Assembly: GCA_963827275.1 (NCBI GenBank)
Contig: CAWHAA010000005.1
Location: forward strand, 416,001-480,000
Direction: 5' to 3'
Origin: an uncultured Spirochaetota bacterium
GTDB taxonomy: Bacteria > Spirochaetota > UBA4802 > UBA5550
Length of the DNA stretch: 64,000 bases
The notes under the pieces are model-generated. The model made no database searches and had not been told where the DNA came from. It worked only from the letters and a program-made list of their open reading frames with translations. A program made the translations under genes and the position numbers. Below, in pieces: positions 9,662-20,154 of this stretch; position 1 is the stretch's first letter; every line of letters begins with the position of its first letter.

Positions 9662-10822
9662 ATGGCAGAACCGACCCATACCGAACAAACCTACCGCAAG
9701 GCGGCGGAACTGATCGCGCGGGCGGGGATCGTCCCGTTCCAGGTCACGAACACGCTCGTCGAAATCGTGAAGTTCTACCTTGACGAGAGCGACGCGGACT
9801 TTATTATTAAAAACTTCAGCGGCAAGAAGACCCTGTCGGCGGCGGAGATCCGCGCGACATCCGGCATGACTGACGGCGAGATCGGGAACAAAACCGCGTC
9901 GCTGGCAAAAAAGGGTATCATCTTCAACCAGCCGAACACGAAGGGCGAGATGGTGTACCGGCTCCTGCCCCTCATCATCGTCGGGACCTTCGAGTACACC
10001 TTCATGAAGCAATTGCCGAGAGACGAAAAGATAAAGGACTACGAGAAAATCGCGAAGCTCTACCAGACCCTCCTGGGCGAGCTGCGGGACATGATACAGG
10101 GCAACTACGACAACCTCCTCCCGATCTTCAACATGCAGCCCCCGGTGGACCGCACCGTCCCGGTATTCACCACCGAGACCGGGAAGAGCATAAAGATCAT
10201 CGTCAACGAGCCGGTCAGCCGGGAAGAGCACATCGTGCCGTCACAGACTGTGGAGGAAATAATCGCCAAGTACGAGGACATCGCCGTGGGCCATTGCTTT
10301 TGTCGGAACTACACGAAAGTGCTCGGTCACACCTGCGCGACGGACGCTCCCTCGGAGGTCTGCTTCACCTTCGGCAAATCGGCCCGTCACACCGTCACAC
10401 AGGGCTTCGCGCGCAAGGTCACGAAGGAGGAGGCGCTGAAGATCATGCGCGAGACAGAAGAAGCGGGCCTGGTGCACAAGGCCTTCCACAATGGCTCCAA
10501 CATCGAGAAGGAGGAGAACAGCATCTGCAACTGCTGCAAGGATTGCTGCGACACCTTCACCCTGTGGCGGAGCGGCGCCACACCCATGGTGAACTCGACC
10601 ATGTACCTCTCGGTAATTGACCCGGTGTCGTGCACCGGCTGCGGGATCTGCGTGGAGCGCTGCCCCGTGGACGCGATCGCCATGAGCGACGACGGCATCG
10701 CGGTGCGCGAGGAGAAATACTGCATCGGCTGCGGCGTGTGCGCCCGCTTCTGCCCGGCAGACGCCATCTCGCTCCAGGAAGGCATGCGGCGCGTGTGCGT
10801 GCCGCCCCCGCGGCTGCGGTGA
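9662..10822 (+). CDS. 4Fe-4S binding protein (HCFCR / CNCC type with a C-terminal dicluster ferredoxin)
   Basis: HCFCR, ICNCCKDCC, CTGCGICVERCP and CIGCGVCARFCP motifs. Confidence 0.85.
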   Translation: MAEPTHTEQTYRKAAELIARAGIVPFQVTNTLVEIVKFYLDESDADFIIKNFSGKKTLSAAEIRATSGMTDGEIGNKTASLAKKGIIFNQPNTKGEMVYRLLPLIIVGTFEYTFMKQLPRDEKIKDYEKIAKLYQTLLGELRDMIQGNYDNLLPIFNMQPPVDRTVPVFTTETGKSIKIIVNEPVSREEHIVPSQTVEEIIAKYEDIAVGHCFCRNYTKVLGHTCATDAPSEVCFTFGKSARHTVTQGFARKVTKEEALKIMRETEEAGLVHKAFHNGSNIEKEENSICNCCKDCCDTFTLWRSGATPMVNSTMYLSVIDPVSCTGCGICVERCPVDAIAMSDDGIAVREEKYCIGCGVCARFCPADAISLQEGMRRVCVPPPRLR

Positions 10823-10837
10823 GGCGGGCCGGCCGCG

Positions 10838-12396
10838 TCAATTGCCGTAGTCTTCTATCTCCTTCTTGAGGCCAAACACCAGGTCCACCAGATTCTGCGC
10901 GTCATAGGATATCTTCACGGCATTGGCTGAATTGTTCTGCGAAACATCGTTCATCGAGGTCACGTTGCTCACGATCTCGCCGATAGCGGCCTTCTGCCGC
11001 TCCGCCGCGGCGGTGATCTCGTCCGCGCGTCTCTTCACCATCACCGCGTTGCGGTTCACGACCTCGTTGGTCTCGGCCTGCTTCTTCTGGAAGTCCGACA
11101 GGGCCTTGATCTTCTCATTCACCGCGTTCACTCCCTCGATGATGGTGCTGATCGACGACACGGTCATGGCGACGCCCGACAGGCCCTTGTCGATCTCATC
11201 CTCGTTCGTCTTGATGATGGTTTCGATCGACTTGATGCTCGACGCGGTCCGATCGGCGAGCTTCGATATCTCGTCCGCGACGACCGCGAAGCCCCGGCCC
11301 GATTCACCGGCGCGGGCCGCCTCGATGGCCGCGTTGAGGCTCAGGAGATTGATCTGGTCGGAGATGTCGTTGATGATCCCGATGATGTTGGCCATCTCGC
11401 CCGAGCTCCCCTTCACGCGGCCGATGCGCTCTTCCATGGCGCGGAGGTACTGCTCGCCGTCGCGGGCCTTCCCCACGATGTCGCCGGTCGCGTTCAGCGA
11501 ATCCGCGATCGCGGCGTCGATCTCCCGTATGATAATCGAGAGATCGTCAAGGATGGCGATCAGCGAATCGAGGTCCGGTTCTGCTCATTGGCATTCTTCG
11601 ACACGTCGTCGATGCCGTTCGAAATCGTTTCCACGGTCTTCGTGATCCGGCCGATGGAATCCGCCTGGTCATGGGCGGTTTCGGAAAAGGCGTCGCTCCG
11701 GCCGGACATCTCCTGCATGGCGGCGACGACACGCGCCGAGCTTTCCCTGAGGACGTTCTTTATGAAGGTGTTGGCGTCCTGGTTCTTCTTCGATTCGATG
11801 TTCGCCAGCTCCACGCTCCGCTGGAATATCTTCATGATGAAGAATGAGATGACAAACAGAAAGATGAGGCTGAAGAGCGTATTGTTGAACGCGATGACGA
11901 TCATCTTGCCGTCCGCCGGGGGCGACAGCCGCTTCAGGACCACGAACAGCGCGACGTTCGCCAGCATCATGATGCCGGTCACGATGGACAGAAAGCGGAT
12001 GTCGCTGAAAATGGCGCACATCACCACGCAGGGGAAGATGAAATAGATGTACGACGTCAGCGAGAGGTTGATCTCCTGGAACGGCTGGCGCAGGAGCCCC
12101 GCGACGACGGCGATGACCGCCGCCATGATGAAGATATTTGCGGACAGGAGATACCTGCCTTTGCGGAGCAGCACGAGGGCGGACACGAAGCCGATCAGGA
12201 GGAACGAGGTTATCGGGATGGTGACGAGGAAATCATACCACCCGGCGAAGAGCATGCTGAACTGGAGCATGAACGTGAAGAAGATGAATATCGTCTGGAA
12301 AAAAAGGAGCAGCCGTGCGCGCGCGCCGGTCAGGTAATCGGCCCCCCCGTAATGCGCCAGAAAATAATCCGTATATCCGGTTAATAATGTTGCCAT
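10838..12396 (-). CDS. Methyl-accepting chemotaxis protein (multi-TM sensor), with one frameshift near 11576
   Basis: ORF 11560-12396 holds the TM helices. ORF 10838-11476 holds QINLLSLNAAIEAARAGESGRGFAVVADEISKLA. The frames join via ...EQN/DLDSLIAIL... Confidence 0.88.
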
Positions 12397-12530
12397 GGTT
12401 GTAATCCTGCCGCTGTAGTGTCAGGCCCGTGGGCGAATGCGCCGCTTCACCGGTCTCATTTTAATCTCATCAAAGTACACGTGTCAAGACATTTCAGGCG
12501 ACCGTCACCGGCATGGGCCCGGCCCGTGCG

Positions 12531-14195
12531 TCAGCGCTTCTTCTGGAGCAGCATTTCGATCCGGCGCATCATCTCGTCAGGGATGACCACCCCGGAGGTC
12601 TTGAGCCGCGTCAGGTACTTTTCAAAGGACTTCCTGGTGTCGGATGAAGCCGCGAGGACGCGCAGGTATGACCGCATGTTCTCCTCGACCTGCCTCCGGA
12701 AGGACACGTTCCTGTTCAATAAATCCTCCACGGGCGCAAGGAGGCGGTAATTGACCGGCCTGCAGAAGGAGCGGTACACCGCGAACCGCTGGGTCTGGTC
12801 GCAATCGGCGTTCCCCGCGCCGATGCTCGCTTCGACGATGTCAAGGTTGATGAAGTCGATCGCCTGGAACCCGTGCCGGTCGGCCAGCAACTCCTTGATC
12901 CGCGCGGCCACGTCCTTCGCAAAGCCGCACGATTCGAAGTCCCCGCCGCATGACGCCTGGCCCTTCAGGTAGAGCACGGCATCGACGTCGGAAGAGTCCT
13001 GCGCCATCCCCATGTTGACCGAGCCGACCAGGTCCAGGGCTACGTGTCCGGACAGGGGGCCGAGCGACTGGAGGGCCCGCTCGAGGTTCTGGATGCGCTC
13101 CTCGGTCTGCTTCGTCTGGTGTATCCTGAAAAAATTCCGGATGTCCCTGAAGATCTTCAGCTCCGGCACCTGGTTGTACCGCTCCAGGTTGTCATCCATC
13201 ACCGATATGTCCGCAAGCGCCTGGAGTCGCTGCCGGTCGATCACGTTTTCATGGTACGAAGCCCCTTCTTTCCTGTATTCCGCTATGTCGAAGACCCGGT
13301 AATCGACGATCTTTTTGAGCTGCACTTCGGGGACCTGGCCGCCGTCCACCGTCATTTCAAAGAAAAAGCCCCCCTCGGATATCTCACCGCGCGAAGTCAT
13401 CACCTCGCCGAAATTCGACGGGTTCAGGTACAGGGTGTTATCCAGGTAGCGCACGCCCCAGTTCTCGTGTACGTGGCCGGTACAGCACGCCAGCACCCGG
13501 TTATTGTCGCAGTAGGTCCGGAGTGCCGTCGATCCCCATGACCCGAGGTGGCTGATGGTGTCCATGACGCCGTAGGCGGGATGATGGGCGGCGATGATAT
13601 CCGGCCGCGCCTGCTCCAGGAAGCGGTAGAGCTCGTTGTCGGTGTCGCTGGCGGACCGGCCGCCATAGCGGACCTGGTATGTCTCCGGGAACCCCGGGGT
13701 CCGCATGGCCGCGCCGCCGTAGCCGGCGATCGTGAGCCCGCCGGCCGTCACCGACTTCAGGTGAAGGCTCCGCGCCTCCAGCGCGGTGCCGGCAAGGTCC
13801 ATGTCGTAGTTACCCGGCAGGGTGACGATCACGCCCCCTTCCTTGGAGCTGAATATGTTTTCCAGTATCTGGTATTTTTTTGACATCACCTCTTTTGCCG
13901 TCTTCGAGGCGTCCAGGTAATACCGCGCTTTGACTTCGCGCTCGCCCGCGAGGCGGCCGCCGCGCAGGAGAGAATCGACGTACTCTTCCAGCACGACATC
14001 CTGTTCTCCGGCCTCCCGTCTCATCGAATGGAACAGGTTCTGCGCTTCAACATACTCAAGCGACTGGTCAAGGGAATAAAAGGGCAGGTCGATAAGGTCG
14101 CCGGATATCATATACAGGTCGGCAACAGTCTCTTTTAAGAGGTTGTATACGCGCGTAAATCCGCCATGAACATCGGTACAGTAAATTATTTTCAT
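12531..14195 (-). CDS. Calcineurin-like metallophosphoesterase fused to a C-terminal Pol-beta-like nucleotidyltransferase domain
   Basis: Start placed at MKIIYCTDVH (14195). Phosphoesterase motifs TDVH, GDLID, GNYD, HHP and GHVH. C-terminal LVGSVNMGMAQDSSDVDAVLY fits hGS-x-DhD. Confidence 0.75.
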   Translation of the reverse strand: MKIIYCTDVHGGFTRVYNLLKETVADLYMISGDLIDLPFYSLDQSLEYVEAQNLFHSMRREAGEQDVVLEEYVDSLLRGGRLAGEREVKARYYLDASKTAKEVMSKKYQILENIFSSKEGGVIVTLPGNYDMDLAGTALEARSLHLKSVTAGGLTIAGYGGAAMRTPGFPETYQVRYGGRSASDTDNELYRFLEQARPDIIAAHHPAYGVMDTISHLGSWGSTALRTYCDNNRVLACCTGHVHENWGVRYLDNTLYLNPSNFGEVMTSRGEISEGGFFFEMTVDGGQVPEVQLKKIVDYRVFDIAEYRKEGASYHENVIDRQRLQALADISVMDDNLERYNQVPELKIFRDIRNFFRIHQTKQTEERIQNLERALQSLGPLSGHVALDLVGSVNMGMAQDSSDVDAVLYLKGQASCGGDFESCGFAKDVAARIKELLADRHGFQAIDFINLDIVEASIGAGNADCDQTQRFAVYRSFCRPVNYRLLAPVEDLLNRNVSFRRQVEENMRSYLRVLAASSDTRKSFEKYLTRLKTSGVVIPDEMMRRIEMLLQKKR

Positions 14196-14313
14196 TTCCC
14201 GCTGCCAGGTATAGTTATCGGTCCTCAAGCGCCAGTATTGACGGTAAAGCCTGCCCGACTGGAAAATAACCGGCGATTTTGGTGTTTTTGTCAATACAAT
14301 AAATTAAACTTCC

Positions 14314-14458
14314 GGGGGTCAGAGTAATTTCCCAACTCCCAGAGGTCAGGCCAGACAGCATACCGATAACTATCGGTGCAAACAGGGGGTCAGAGTACGA
14401 AATCTACCGATAACTATCGCTGGCTACCGGGGGTCAGAGCAACACGCGGGGGTCAGAG
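14314..14458. repeat. Cluster of short repeats: 4x GGGGGTCAGAG and 2x TACCGATAACTATCG
   Basis: GGGGGTCAGAG at 14314, 14385, 14429 and 14448. TACCGATAACTATCG (palindromic core) at 14361 and 14405. Confidence 0.85.
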
Positions 14459-14565
14459 CAGATGCGCCCAGGCATGAAAAAACCGCCGCCTGTGAATAAA
14501 AAACTTGTCAACGCACAGAGCCGGGAATTTTACTACCAGAGACATTATTTTTAAAGGAAGAACCA

Positions 14566-14835
14566 ATGAAAGCGATCATCACCGTCGTCGGGAAGGACAG
14601 GGTCGGCATCATCGCTGCCGTGAGCACGCGGCTCGCCGACTGCGGCGTCAACATACTCGACATCAGCCAGACCATCATGCAGGACAATTTCACCATGATG
14701 ATGTCCGTCGATACAGAAAAAAGCAGCATCTCCCTCAAGGAGCTGAAAGCGCAGCTCGCCGAAATCGGGAACCGCATGTCCCTGGTTATCAACATCTACA
14801 ACGAAGAGCTCTTCAATTCCATGCACCGGGTATAG
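14566..14835 (+). CDS. ACT domain protein (UPF0237 type)
   Basis: MKAIITVVGKDRVGIIA...NILDISQTI...LFNSMHRV; typical partner of the downstream UPF0210 gene. Confidence 0.9.
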   Translation: MKAIITVVGKDRVGIIAAVSTRLADCGVNILDISQTIMQDNFTMMMSVDTEKSSISLKELKAQLAEIGNRMSLVINIYNEELFNSMHRV

Positions 14836-14838
14836 GCC

Positions 14839-16194
14839 ATGAACGAGCGCGAAGTCATCGAAACACTGAAGATGATCCAGGAGGAGAAGCTGGACATCCG
14901 CACCATCACCATGGGGATATCGCTGCGCGACTGCGCGGATGAAAGCCCGGAGCGGTCGTGCGCCAGGATACGCGACAAGATCGGGCGGCTCGCCGGCCGG
15001 CTCGCCGCGGTCGGCGACGAGATCGAGGAGACCTACGGCGTGCCCATCATCAACAAGCGGATCGCAGTCACCCCGATCTCTCTCGTGGCGGAGAGCTCGC
15101 GCACCGACGACTACCTCCCCTTCGCCCGGGCCCTCGAGGAAGCGGCCCGCGACGCGGACGTCAACTTTATCGGCGGGTTCTCCGCGCTGGTGCACAAGGG
15201 GGCCACGCCGGGCGACCGGAAGCTCATGGACGCCCTCCCCCGCGCCCTCTCGGAAACCGAACGGGTGTGCGCCTCCGTGAACGTCGCGACGACCAGGGCC
15301 GGCATAAACATGGACAGCATACGCATGATGGGAAAAATCATCAGGGGGATCGCCGTCGCCACGAAGGACCGGGGAAGCATCGGGTGCGCAAAGCTCGTGG
15401 TCTTCGCCAATGCGCCCGAGGACAATCCCTTCATGGCGGGCGCCTTCCACGGCGTTGGAGAGGCGGAGGCGGTCATCAATGTCGGCATCAGCGGGCCGGG
15501 CGTCATAAAGAGCGCGCTGGAAAAGATACGGGGCAGCGACCTGGAGACCGTGGCGGAAACCATCAAGCGGACCTCCTTCAAGATCACGCGGGTGGGCCAG
15601 CTTGTTGCGCGCGAGGCCGCGCGGCGGCTGAATGTCCCCTTCGGCATCGTGGACGTGTCGCTCGCGCCCACCCCCTCGGTCGGCGACAGCGTCGCGCACA
15701 TCCTCGAGGAGATGGGCCTGGAGCGCTGCGGCGCGCCGGGATCGACGGCGGCGCTCATGCTCCTGAACGACGCCGTCAAGAAGGGCGGTCTCATGGCCTC
15801 CTCCTTCGTCGGCGGGCTCTCCGGCGCGTTCATACCGGTGAGCGAGGACCTGGGCATGATCCAGGCGGCGCAGGAGGGCGCGCTCACCATCGAAAAGCTC
15901 GAGGCCATGACCGCGGTCTGCTCGGTCGGGCTCGATATGATCGCCGTGCCGGGCGACACGTCCGAGGACACGATCGCGGCGATCATCGCGGACGAGGCGG
16001 CCATCGGGGTGGCGAACAACAAGACGACCGCGGTGCGGATCATCCCGGTGATCGGGAAAAAGGCGGGCGACTTCGTGGAATTCGGCGGACTGCTCGGCAG
16101 GGCGCCGGTCATGCCGGTGAGCAGGTTCAGCCCGTCCGGCTTTATCGCCCGCGGCGGCAGGGTCCCGGCGCCGCTCCACAGCTACCGGAACTGA
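14839..16194 (+). CDS. PFL-like / DUF711 (UPF0210) family protein
   Basis: [48 protein letters not shown] and [11 protein letters not shown] motifs. Confidence 0.9.
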   Translation: MNEREVIETLKMIQEEKLDIRTITMGISLRDCADESPERSCARIRDKIGRLAGRLAAVGDEIEETYGVPIINKRIAVTPISLVAESSRTDDYLPFARALEEAARDADVNFIGGFSALVHKGATPGDRKLMDALPRALSETERVCASVNVATTRAGINMDSIRMMGKIIRGIAVATKDRGSIGCAKLVVFANAPEDNPFMAGAFHGVGEAEAVINVGISGPGVIKSALEKIRGSDLETVAETIKRTSFKITRVGQLVAREAARRLNVPFGIVDVSLAPTPSVGDSVAHILEEMGLERCGAPGSTAALMLLNDAVKKGGLMASSFVGGLSGAFIPVSEDLGMIQAAQEGALTIEKLEAMTAVCSVGLDMIAVPGDTSEDTIAAIIADEAAIGVANNKTTAVRIIPVIGKKAGDFVEFGGLLGRAPVMPVSRFSPSGFIARGGRVPAPLHSYRN

Positions 16195-16290
16195 GGCGGG
16201 ACCGCCAGGCCCCCCGAAAAATGTAATTGACGTCATGTACACCTTTACATTTCATCTGTAATGTAATTCAGATAACCACGGGAATATTTC

Positions 16291-17130
16291 ATGTCCAATT
16301 ATCATGCAGCAACAGGATTCCGTATTTTCTTCACGGTGATTCTCCTCGCTGCAGCCGGCTGTTCGGCCACACAGAGGCCGCCGGTTGACAGCGTCTCCTT
16401 CGCCGTTATGGGGAACACCAGCCCCGCGTCACCCTTCACCGGCTACCCGGAAAAGCTCGAACAGGTCTTTCAAAGCATCAACCGGGACAACCCGATGTTC
16501 GTCATCCACACCGGCAACATCATACAGGGGGGGGCGGGAAACGTGGGCATCCGGCCCGGCGATATCACCCGCCAGCACCTGAAATTCATCGAGCAGAAAA
16601 AGGCGCTCCGCCCCATCCTCCATATCCTTGCCGGCGAGCGGGACCTCTTCGACGGTTCCCTCGACCTGTTCAGGCAATACACGGGCGGCAGGCTCTGGTA
16701 CTCCTTCAACTACGGCACCGTGCATTTTATCATGCTCCACGTCCTGAACGGCGCCCACGGCATGGCAGCCGACCAGCTGAAATGGCTGAAGCGGGACCTG
16801 GCGGCGCACCGTTACGACTCGGCGGTATTCGTCTTCACCCACTATCCCGTGCTCTCGTCGCCCTACGGCGGGGCGCGGTACCGGGACGGCGCCCTCCTCC
16901 ATGAGCTCTTCGTCAAATACCCGGTGAAGGCCGTTTTCTCAGGGAGCCTGAAGGGCCTGTATGAATTCGAAAAAGACGGCATCCGCTACATCACGGCCGG
17001 GTGCTCCGGCTATAATGCCGAGGACCGCGGCTGGAGCTTCAACCAGTATTACATCGTCCAGTGCAAAGGGGAGAAGTTCACGCTCAGGGCGGCACGCGTC
17101 AATGCGCCCTCCGGCGCCTACCGCCCGTAA
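16291..17130 (+). CDS. Metallophosphoesterase-fold lipoprotein with degenerate metal ligands
   Basis: Lipobox AAGC; FAVMGNT, IHTGNI, AGERD, FTHYP and FSGSLK align to the phosphoesterase motifs. Confidence 0.7.
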   Translation: MSNYHAATGFRIFFTVILLAAAGCSATQRPPVDSVSFAVMGNTSPASPFTGYPEKLEQVFQSINRDNPMFVIHTGNIIQGGAGNVGIRPGDITRQHLKFIEQKKALRPILHILAGERDLFDGSLDLFRQYTGGRLWYSFNYGTVHFIMLHVLNGAHGMAADQLKWLKRDLAAHRYDSAVFVFTHYPVLSSPYGGARYRDGALLHELFVKYPVKAVFSGSLKGLYEFEKDGIRYITAGCSGYNAEDRGWSFNQYYIVQCKGEKFTLRAARVNAPSGAYRP

Positions 17131-17230
17131 TTAATCGGGGAAGCGCCGGAGAAAAAAAATTGACACGGCGGAAAAATTATCCGACGCTGATATGCGGCGC
17201 GATTAATCAACATCTTCACGGGAGTATGCC

Positions 17231-19027
17231 ATGGCTTCCAAACCGGGTCTCATCGAAATCCACGACACCATCCGGGAACTCACCGAGATAGAATCAGAGC
17301 TCGAGCGCAGCATCAACACGACCATGTGGATCAGCGACACGCACGGGGCCGGCGAGCGCTTCACCACGATCCTGAAGGGACGGTTCGGCCTTATCTGGCG
17401 GACCGCCCAGGAGGCCCTCACCAAACACGTCCCCACCGAAAAGCTCGACTACCTTGACCGCGTCATCCAGATCGAACGCTACCTTCCCTCCACCGACGGG
17501 GTCTCCATGGAGCGGCAGGACGTTATCTCGGCCCTGGTGAGGATCATCCGGTACAAGGTCGAAGACGTCGTTGACTTCGATGCGATCAGGTCCGCCATCA
17601 ACAACGACCTGAAGACCGTCATCGAGAACCTGATACTCAACTTCCATGTCCCCGACATCGTGTACGAGAACGAGCTGATCGCCGACAAGGTGATCACCGC
17701 CCTGGCGAAGATCGTGAAGCAGGTGATCCTCGGGCAGCTCGTGGTACTGGGCGACGTGTTCGACCGGGGCGACGAGCCGGACAAGATCCTCCGCATACTC
17801 ATGAGCCCGGCGATACGCCCCTACGTGCAGTTCGTATGGGGGAACCACGACATCCTCTGGATGGGCGCTGCCGCGGGGAACAAGTCGCTCATCGCCGAGG
17901 CGCTGCGCATCAGCGTGCGCTACGACAACCTGGCGTTCCTTGAGCGGCTCGGCATCAACCTCGACAAGCTGAAGGCCTTCGCGGAAACCCTCTACCCCGG
18001 CCCGATCACCGGCCAGTTCAAGGCGAAGCTCGATATATCGAGAAAGATGGAAAAGACCCTGGCCATGATCCAGTTCAAGCTGGAGGAGACGACCATCAAG
18101 CGGTTCCCCGAGCTGCAGATGGAGCCGCGGCTCAACCTGGAAAAATTCGCCGCCATGCTGAAAAAGGGCGAGACCGAGGGGCTTACCGACACGCACTTCC
18201 CCACCCTTGCCATGGACGCGCCGCTCGAGCTCACCGCGGAGGAGTCGGAGGTGATCGACGACCTGGCCCGCCAGTTCACGACCAGCCCGAAGATCATGGA
18301 GCTGATGCGCTATCTCTTCGACGACGGCAAGCTCTATCACGTGAACAACTACATGCTGAACATCCACGCCCTCATCCCCAGCACCGAGGAGGGAAAATTC
18401 GACAAGCTCTTCGGCAAGAAGGGGAAGGAGCTCCTGGACCATATCGAGGCCATGGTGAAGAACGTCGGCCACTACTACCTGGAAGGCAAGGAGCAGGACC
18501 CCTTCGAGCTGGCGGTCATGTTCTACCTCTGGTGCGGTCCCAAGTCGCCGTTCTTCGGCAAGCACGCCATGAAGACCTTCGAGCGCTACTTCTTCAAGGA
18601 CAAGGCCACCCATAAAGAGAAGACCCTCCACTGGGGCGAAAACCTCAAGAAGAAGGAGTTCATGGATCTGATCATGCAGGAATTCGGCGCGGAGCGGATC
18701 GTGTACGGGCACACGCCGGTGGACGTCATGAAGGGCGAGAAGATCGCCTCCCCCGACGGCCGCGCCATCAACATCGACGGCGGGTTCTCCGAGGCGTACC
18801 TGGGGCGCGGCCACTCCCTTATCCACACGCCCTACTCCCTCTACGCCATCATCCTCCCCTCCCTCGACGAGATCAGGGAGGCAAAGTACGCGAGCCTCAA
18901 GTTCGAGGAGATCGCCAGGTTCGACAAGCCGATTAAGATCAAGGACGTATTCAAGGGGACGAAGCTGCAGGAGCGGCGCGAGGAACTGCTGAAAACCCTC
19001 AAGAATTACGAGAAGAAGGCGAAGTAA
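17231..19027 (+). CDS. fbp: Fructose-1,6-bisphosphatase class 3 (Firmicute-type)
   Basis: ISDTHG, GDVFDRG, WGNHDILWMGA, YLWCGPKSPFFGK..MKTFERYF, GHTPV and IDGGFSEAY motifs. Confidence 0.85.
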   Translation: MASKPGLIEIHDTIRELTEIESELERSINTTMWISDTHGAGERFTTILKGRFGLIWRTAQEALTKHVPTEKLDYLDRVIQIERYLPSTDGVSMERQDVISALVRIIRYKVEDVVDFDAIRSAINNDLKTVIENLILNFHVPDIVYENELIADKVITALAKIVKQVILGQLVVLGDVFDRGDEPDKILRILMSPAIRPYVQFVWGNHDILWMGAAAGNKSLIAEALRISVRYDNLAFLERLGINLDKLKAFAETLYPGPITGQFKAKLDISRKMEKTLAMIQFKLEETTIKRFPELQMEPRLNLEKFAAMLKKGETEGLTDTHFPTLAMDAPLELTAEESEVIDDLARQFTTSPKIMELMRYLFDDGKLYHVNNYMLNIHALIPSTEEGKFDKLFGKKGKELLDHIEAMVKNVGHYYLEGKEQDPFELAVMFYLWCGPKSPFFGKHAMKTFERYFFKDKATHKEKTLHWGENLKKKEFMDLIMQEFGAERIVYGHTPVDVMKGEKIASPDGRAINIDGGFSEAYLGRGHSLIHTPYSLYAIILPSLDEIREAKYASLKFEEIARFDKPIKIKDVFKGTKLQERREELLKTLKNYEKKAK

Positions 19028-19064
19028 AGCGGGGCTGCGCCGCTTATCAACAAGCGACAAAGCC

Positions 19065-19112
19065 CCGTCTGCTGTCAGGGCGGAGCTTGCGCCCCACCCT
19101 GACAGCAGACGG
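19065..19112. repeat. Perfect 16-bp inverted repeat between convergent genes (terminator- or REP-like)
   Basis: CCGTCTGCTGTCAGGG ... CCCTGACAGCAGACGG. Confidence 0.7.
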
Positions 19113-19121
19113 ATTACATTG

Positions 19122-19523
19122 CTATTTTTTTATCCATTCGACCGTATCAAGGCCTGACGATGTATCCACCGACACCTGCACCAGGTAGTGCCGAAAAAAA
19201 TGCCCCTGAGGTATTGACGTATTGAACCTGCCCACCGCGCAGCGAATGTCATCAAAAATCCCTATCTCAATATGCGCATTGTCTCCCAGGTATTTACTCC
19301 TCAGGAAGCTGCCCAGCTCCATTGCCTGCTCTTTCGATGTATCCGGGGCAACGACCACCTCCATGGAAATGCCCTCTTTCTGCCTGCCCCCCTTGGCTAT
19401 TTTGTATTTCACCGGGGGCTTTCTCACCTCCCCCTGCGTATCGGCCCTGTCGCCTTTACGCAACGACATCGCGACGACAAAACCGACGGCGATGAGGCCG
19501 ACAGTAATGATTTTTTCTTTCAT
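19122..19523 (-). CDS. Hypothetical protein with an N-terminal membrane anchor or signal
   Basis: MKEKIITVGLIAVGFVVAMSL...; no recognised domain. Confidence 0.55.
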   Translation of the reverse strand: MKEKIITVGLIAVGFVVAMSLRKGDRADTQGEVRKPPVKYKIAKGGRQKEGISMEVVVAPDTSKEQAMELGSFLRSKYLGDNAHIEIGIFDDIRCAVGRFNTSIPQGHFFRHYLVQVSVDTSSGLDTVEWIKK

Positions 19524-19823
19524 TGATGGATGGTAACGGACGGGCATGGTCGGGCTCCCATGAGTAAATCGTGAATAACTCATAGCTCATAAGAGGCTGA
19601 TGTCAATTGAAAAAGCTCCGAACCTGATACGAGGGGCATTGCGATTCGTGTCTCCGCCAGAATTCGTATAATTGGCATGATACCCCCTCTTTTTCCTGTA
19701 ATCAAACAAAACCAACCGTCTTTTACACTTGTAAAAATTTTTTCAAAACCGGCCGGATAGACTGAATTTTTAGTTGTAATTAATCGTTCAAATTGTTAGT
19801 TAGGAACGAGGGTTCGGTTATTT

Positions 19824-20081
19824 ATGGAAAAAAAGATATCCATCCGCATGAAATTCTTCTCTGGAATAGACAAAGAACTGAAACTCCAGGACTATAATCC
19901 CGGCGAAGGAGTTATTATGACATTTTCTCCGGGAAAGCGACTCAAATACGCCCTTAAAACAGCGGGAATCAAAAAAGCCTCGCCCTATTTTTATTTCCGG
20001 GACGGGCAGCGGATATCCACCTGGGCAAAGCTCAGGGACGGGGACGAAATAACCTGCCTCAAGCCTTCGGGCGGCGGATAG
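19824..20081 (+). CDS. MoaD/ThiS-family ubiquitin-like sulfur carrier
   Basis: 85 aa ending LRDGDEITCLKPSGGG; directly upstream of the AOR gene. Confidence 0.8.
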   Translation: MEKKISIRMKFFSGIDKELKLQDYNPGEGVIMTFSPGKRLKYALKTAGIKKASPYFYFRDGQRISTWAKLRDGDEITCLKPSGGG

Positions 20082-20154
20082 GTCGCATCACCAACACATT
20101 CAACATATAAATAGAACTCATTTTATTTTTATAAATTATCCCAGGAGACGTTTT

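Noticed and set aside
14314..14458. CRISPR array
   Set aside because: Repeats are only 11-15 nt with irregular spacing, and there are no cas genes in the window.
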